Assembly: GCA_965644295.1 (NCBI GenBank)
Contig: CBFFRP010000001.1
Coordinates: 124,001-188,000 of the forward strand
From: Paraphysomonas bandaiensis
Lineage: Eukaryota > Protista > Chrysophyceae
Reading direction: 5' to 3'
DNA: 64,000 nucleotides
This document shows positions 59,556-64,000 of the stretch, piece by piece (position 1 is the stretch's first letter; every line of letters starts with the position of its first letter). The notes beneath the pieces are model-generated. The model was not told where the DNA came from, ran no database searches, and worked only from the letters and a program-made list of their open reading frames with translations. Position numbers and translations under genes: made by a program.

Positions 59556-62500
59556 TATTAGAGATAAAGATTGAACGATAAGGCCTAATAGTATAATAGC
59601 AAGACACGTTTGAGCAGAGCGTTAGCACCACACACATGTGCGTATCTTGTACAGTCGCGTATCATGTATAGTTTGGTAATTATTCAGTCTATTTGGTATT
59701 TCATTGTATATGTGTGTTGTATTCACGCGTTAAGAGATATACGTGAATCAATGACTCCTAATACTCCCCCTCAATGAAATAATCATATGGCGTATACATA
59801 GATATATGGATATAGGTGTATATATTTGGAGATAGTTCTACTGAGGGTAAAACCCACGAGTGCAATCACAGATTGTGGATTACACTGATGTCAACATACA
59901 GCATACTCGTGGGAAACTCCGTAGATCTCTAAGTCATCCATCGTGGTCTCTTGGTTGAGTTCTCTGCCGGTGGGATAGATACTTTTGTTCTTTTATTGCT
60001 AGCAGGTATGTTGATACCTCCCCCCCCCATTAGTGAATCCCGCAATCTGTGGAACGTGTTTGATGTGAGGGGTTTAGTTAGAATGTCGGCCAGCATCTCG
60101 TTTGTAGGCATGTAATCAACAATAATAGAGTGCGATGCGACTTGTTCTCTTATGAAGTGATATCTGATGGCAATATGTTTTGTTCGTCGGTGGTGTACGG
60201 GGTTTAGGCATAGTTGAATTGCACCTTTGTTGTCACACCATATGGTTGTTGAGTATGGCATGTGGAAGCCCAATTCCGAGAGTAGTGACCGTAGCCAAAT
60301 AGCTTCTTGACATGCTGTTGATAGTGCCATGTACTCCGCTTCTGTAGAGGATAGAGCTACAGTGGTCTGGAGTCGTGATTGCCAGGAAATGAGACAATTT
60401 CCAATAAAGAAGCAAAACGCTGTGGTCGACCTGCGAGTTAAGTTACAGCGTGCCCAATCACTGTCAGCGAATCCAGTTAAAGTAACAGACTTCCCGGAGT
60501 ACTGTAGACCTTGATCGATAGTGCCTTTGAGGTACCTAAGTATGTTTAATGCGGCTTTGCATGTAGTTAGATTTGGATTAGTACTGAAACGAGCAAGGGT
60601 GTTTACAGCATATGCAATATCAGGTCTAGTGCACACAGCAATATACATAAGTGAACCTATGAGCTCCTTGTAAGGAAAATTTTGGACAAATTCTTGATTT
60701 TCTTGAGATAGTTGTTTCTTTTCGAGAATGTCTATATGAAAATTTGTTGTCATGGGGTGACTACGTGGCTTGCAATCTTCCATGTTGAATCTGTGGAGTA
60801 GGTTCCGTATGTATTGAGATTGATTTAGTGTCGTAGTTCGATTCTGTATATCCTGTTTGACGAATATGCCGAGGTAGTAATCTAGGAGGCCGAGATCATG
60901 AATGTCGAATTTTTCAGCTAACGAATTCTTGATTTGGATGATGTCAGTCCTACTTTTACCGGCGATAATGATGTCATCGACGTAAACTGCCAGAATTATG
61001 GGTCGACCATTGATTGATTTCGTGAATATGCACGGGTCGGACACTAATCTGGTAAAACCACAGTCTAACAAATAATTAGTACAACATTTATACCAATTTA
61101 ACCCGGACTGTTTGAGTCCGTATATACTCTTTAGAAGTCTGAGGACTTTACCGTTTGGAACATTGAGACCAGCGGGTGGATACATGTAAATTTCCTCTTG
61201 GAGGTCTGCATTGATGTAAGCAGTGGAGAAATCTACCTGGTGAAGCTCCAACCCAAGTATAGTTGCTAGTGCTATGACTGTTCTCATTGATGTGGCCTTT
61301 GCGACTGGGCTGTAGGTTTCGTTGTAGTCTTTACCCTCGACCTGGGAGAAACCTTGAGCCACTAACCTCGCCTTGAAGGTAACCTCATCTCGCTTGACCT
61401 TTACCCTAAACACGAATTTTCCCCTTATAATGTTGGAATTTGCTGGTGGTGTCGTTATCCTCCAACAGCCTTTGCTCTCTAGAGACTTGATTTCTTTGTT
61501 GATGGCTTTCAGCCATTGTTCCTTGTACCTGCCTGATAGTGCCTCGCCAACATTGTTAGGTGTGTTAGGTACATCATTGCTACATGTGTCATTTGCATGC
61601 ATAATGATGTCAACATCATTCATGTATAATGTTCTGTAACTATCATGTTTATCAGGTGTTTTGTGGTTGTACAAATATCTTTTATCAACATCACAGTGGT
61701 ATATATTATCACCGAATTTGTGTACATTCATGATTACCCTTTTCCTGGTCTGCCTCTTGCTGTGGAGACTTTTCTTTACGCAACGGCTCACCTTGTGTCG
61801 GTGGGGTGTCCTTACACCCGTAATTGTGCCATCCGGGCTTTGCCGGCTCCTGTCACCCTGGGAATTCACAGTCTTGATAGCTCGTTTGACCTTACGAGCA
61901 GGGTGATCACGCTTGTTGTCACCCCGTGCCTCCTTCGGCACTGTATTCCGCTGAGCTTCTGCTGTGCGGCGAGGCCTTGCCTCCTTTTCATTTGAGTAGG
62001 GTCCTCTCAAATGGCTGTGACTCCCGCCCCGTGTGGCGTCATGACGGCTGTCGGTTGAATTGCTCCTCCCTGGAGCTGTTCCTTCCACGGGGCATCCTGG
62101 TTCCTCTTGCGGGGGTGATACCGCGTTCTGATAACTGAAGTGCTCGGCGGTGTATCTTTCGATGTCCGCAGCGTGTATTGGGTCATTTAACTCGATGACT
62201 CGCCCTTCATTTTCTCGTGGGGCCAATCCTCTGTAAGCAGCCACGTGGCCTTTGATGACTGTGATTCTTGTCGTGATGTATTGGAGGCCATCCTGTGGAT
62301 CTGTGTGGGTCATTCCAACGAGGTATTGGAAGCTCTCGGTTGTTCGATTCTCTGAATTTTCTTCTCTCAGTGATGATTCGATTTCAGCGTAGTAGTTTTC
62401 CTTGACGTCGGGGATGCACTCATTGAAAAAGACGTGACTTGAGATTACGAAGTCCTTGAGTGAAGGTACATATATGACGTACCCTGGTCCATCTTCTCGG

Positions 62501-64000
62501 TATCCCATGAAGTACCCAATATGGCTATGTGGAGACCAATCGTTTCTTCTCTGAGACTTGTCTATGAATGTATGGCATTTGCAGCCCCAAATCCTGGCGT
62601 AAGATAAATCGGGGGCCTCGTCGTGGATGAACTGATACGGTGATATGAATCCCTTTGCAGTGGCGCATGGCAGGCGATTTTTCATATGCGTGACGGTGGA
62701 CATAGCCTGTTCCCAGAAGTTGGGTGGTAGGCCCGAGTTGCAAATGGATGCAAGCGTTCTTTCCTTGGTCGTGCGCCATGGTCGTTCTTGTGTGGGGTTG
62801 TCTTCTGGCGTGTACGGAGCGTTGAAGGTCCAGGTTGATCCTAATTTTCTCAGCAAGTTCAGTACACGATGTGATACTAGCTCACGGCCACCATCAGCAT
62901 GATAGTGTATTAGCCGTTTGCCTTTCGAATGCAGATAATCCACAATTTTCTGAATGCACTCAATGACAAAATCCTCGGTTCTGTGTTTTCCATAGAATGT
63001 CCAACTGTATCTTGAAGCTGCATCGGTAGCTCCAAAGACTACGGTGTTTCCTGTGACTATTGCTGGAGGTGAAAATGGTCCAGTAAAATCAACTGCTATA
63101 AGTCCTCCAAGCTCCTGCGATCTTCTGGTTTTTGTCGGTATCATTTGCCTTGTCTCGCGCCTATGTTTCCTCCTGTGAGCCTTGCCTTGTGCGCAGCCAT
63201 CACAAAGGCCTTCTGGTAGCTGTGGCGAGCTCAGGTCGGATTTTGAAATAGTGATTCCTTTCACAAGATTCAACTTTAGTGCTTTTTGAATTAAGCCAAT
63301 GGATGCGTGGGTCAACCTTCGATGTGCCAGGGAGATCGAGGAACCGCTTGATGTAGATGCCAAGTTGCACTGGTCTTGGATGTAACCTAAATCGGATAAT
63401 TTGATCTCGTATAGACCGTTTTGTTTCCTGGCTGTGGTTAACAAAATTCCATCGTGGTATACGCGTGCCTCGTTTGGTCCGAATATAATATTGCAGTTGG
63501 CGTCTGTTGTCAACTGGCTGATAGAAATTAAGGTCTTTGACGCGTCTGGAACTAGCCTGCACTTGCTAATCAGTCCAAGCTTGCCGTATCCCAATGCCTG
63601 CATTTCTGATCCTGATTTGGCGGTGTAAATTGTGGTTTGATCGTAAGTGAATTCGGAGAGTAAGCTTCGTGCTGCTGTAATTGATATTGTGCAGCCAGAG
63701 TCTAGAATGCCAAATTCCTGCTTCTCGTGTTCCGTATGTAGGACGTGGTTGTCTGTGATCATCCCAGAGAATGCACTGTAGTCATTGTCATCGTTTGGCC
63801 CCTCATCGTCATAGTCTTCCAGTCTTAAGTTCGAATCCCGATGACTGTTTCTTGGGTATTTTGATGATGTGTTCTTGGAGTGATGCCCTTTCCCTCTTTT
63901 GTCGTCGTTTCGTTTGTTTGTGGACTTCTGCATCTGTTGTATGTGTTCCCACGAGTGCTTGCACTCTGCTGCAATGTGGTTGGATCCATTGCATCTGAAG
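59556..64000 (-). mobile_element. Second Ty1/copia LTR retrotransposon (5' part outside window)
   Basis: PPT GAGGGGGAG (plus strand CTCCCCCTC 59764-59772) then LTR starting TATTAG at 59763; tentative end CTAATA at 59556. Confidence 0.9.
59929..63999 (-). CDS. Copia Gag-Pol polyprotein (5'-partial)
   Basis: Frame open to the window end (FRCNGSNHIAAEC knuckle), LDSGC, AHRRLTH...CDGC, integrase, ARLVAQGF, YGLKQSG, YVDD, FADSDW, RTKHI, ADILTK. Confidence 0.95.
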   Translation of the reverse strand, partial: FRCNGSNHIAAECKHSWEHIQQMQKSTNKRNDDKRGKGHHSKNTSSKYPRNSHRDSNLRLEDYDDEGPNDDNDYSAFSGMITDNHVLHTEHEKQEFGILDSGCTISITAARSLLSEFTYDQTTIYTAKSGSEMQALGYGKLGLISKCRLVPDASKTLISISQLTTDANCNIIFGPNEARVYHDGILLTTARKQNGLYEIKLSDLGYIQDQCNLASTSSGSSISLAHRRLTHASIGLIQKALKLNLVKGITISKSDLSSPQLPEGLCDGCAQGKAHRRKHRRETRQMIPTKTRRSQELGGLIAVDFTGPFSPPAIVTGNTVVFGATDAASRYSWTFYGKHRTEDFVIECIQKIVDYLHSKGKRLIHYHADGGRELVSHRVLNLLRKLGSTWTFNAPYTPEDNPTQERPWRTTKERTLASICNSGLPPNFWEQAMSTVTHMKNRLPCATAKGFISPYQFIHDEAPDLSYARIWGCKCHTFIDKSQRRNDWSPHSHIGYFMGYREDGPGYVIYVPSLKDFVISSHVFFNECIPDVKENYYAEIESSLREENSENRTTESFQYLVGMTHTDPQDGLQYITTRITVIKGHVAAYRGLAPRENEGRVIELNDPIHAADIERYTAEHFSYQNAVSPPQEEPGCPVEGTAPGRSNSTDSRHDATRGGSHSHLRGPYSNEKEARPRRTAEAQRNTVPKEARGDNKRDHPARKVKRAIKTVNSQGDRSRQSPDGTITGVRTPHRHKVSRCVKKSLHSKRQTRKRVIMNVHKFGDNIYHCDVDKRYLYNHKTPDKHDSYRTLYMNDVDIIMHANDTCSNDVPNTPNNVGEALSGRYKEQWLKAINKEIKSLESKGCWRITTPPANSNIIRGKFVFRVKVKRDEVTFKARLVAQGFSQVEGKDYNETYSPVAKATSMRTVIALATILGLELHQVDFSTAYINADLQEEIYMYPPAGLNVPNGKVLRLLKSIYGLKQSGLNWYKCCTNYLLDCGFTRLVSDPCIFTKSINGRPIILAVYVDDIIIAGKSRTDIIQIKNSLAEKFDIHDLGLLDYYLGIFVKQDIQNRTTTLNQSQYIRNLLHRFNMEDCKPRSHPMTTNFHIDILEKKQLSQENQEFVQNFPYKELIGSLMYIAVCTRPDIAYAVNTLARFSTNPNLTTCKAALNILRYLKGTIDQGLQYSGKSVTLTGFADSDWARCNLTRRSTTAFCFFIGNCLISWQSRLQTTVALSSTEAEYMALSTACQEAIWLRSLLSELGFHMPYSTTIWCDNKGAIQLCLNPVHHRRTKHIAIRYHFIREQVASHSIIVDYMPTNEMLADILTKPLTSNTFHRLRDSLMGGGGINIPASNKRTKVSIPPAENSTKRPRWMT

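Noticed and set aside
59588-59600. 13-bp match ATAGTATAATAGC to the reconstructed gypsy pre-insertion site
   Set aside because: AT-rich and plausibly chance; no coherent TSD model.

Overview
Eukaryotic genomic DNA. Evidence: spliceosomal GT-AG introns mostly 45-80 nt, the ciliary genes BBS1 and a NEK1-like kinase, and LTR and hAT elements. Gene and TE content suggests a flagellated protist, probably a stramenopile (inference). Both window ends cut through long uninterrupted Ty1/copia ORFs (1-3929 +, 59929-64000 -). A complete chromodomain-bearing Ty3/gypsy element with identical-looking 292-bp LTRs lies at 53467-59001. Between these lie about 13 host genes: an RCC1-repeat membrane protein, NEK1-like kinase, exon-per-repeat ankyrin protein, acyl-protein thioesterase, alpha/beta hydrolase, coiled-coil protein, ADD-like finger plus split-SET methyltransferase, a second ankyrin protein, MFS transporter, BBS1, DPH7, tesmin/TSO1 CXC protein and a degenerate GDA1/CD39 apyrase. 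They are interspersed with hAT MITEs, a nested hAT/TIR-element cluster (45.9-50 kb) and unclassified repeats. Most notable: (1) an extra conserved ~60-aa module after the integrase of two divergent copia elements; (2) a 1.1-kb intronic satellite whose unit contains the host gene's own exon/intron junction; (3) a gypsy element with no tRNA PBS and a 4-bp TSD; (4) an unclassified, highly structured repeat flanking BBS1 in inverted orientation; (5) an ADD-like finger fused to a SETDB1-type bifurcated SET. No prokaryotic systems, CRISPR arrays, rRNA or tRNA genes were recognised. All exon models were read by eye.
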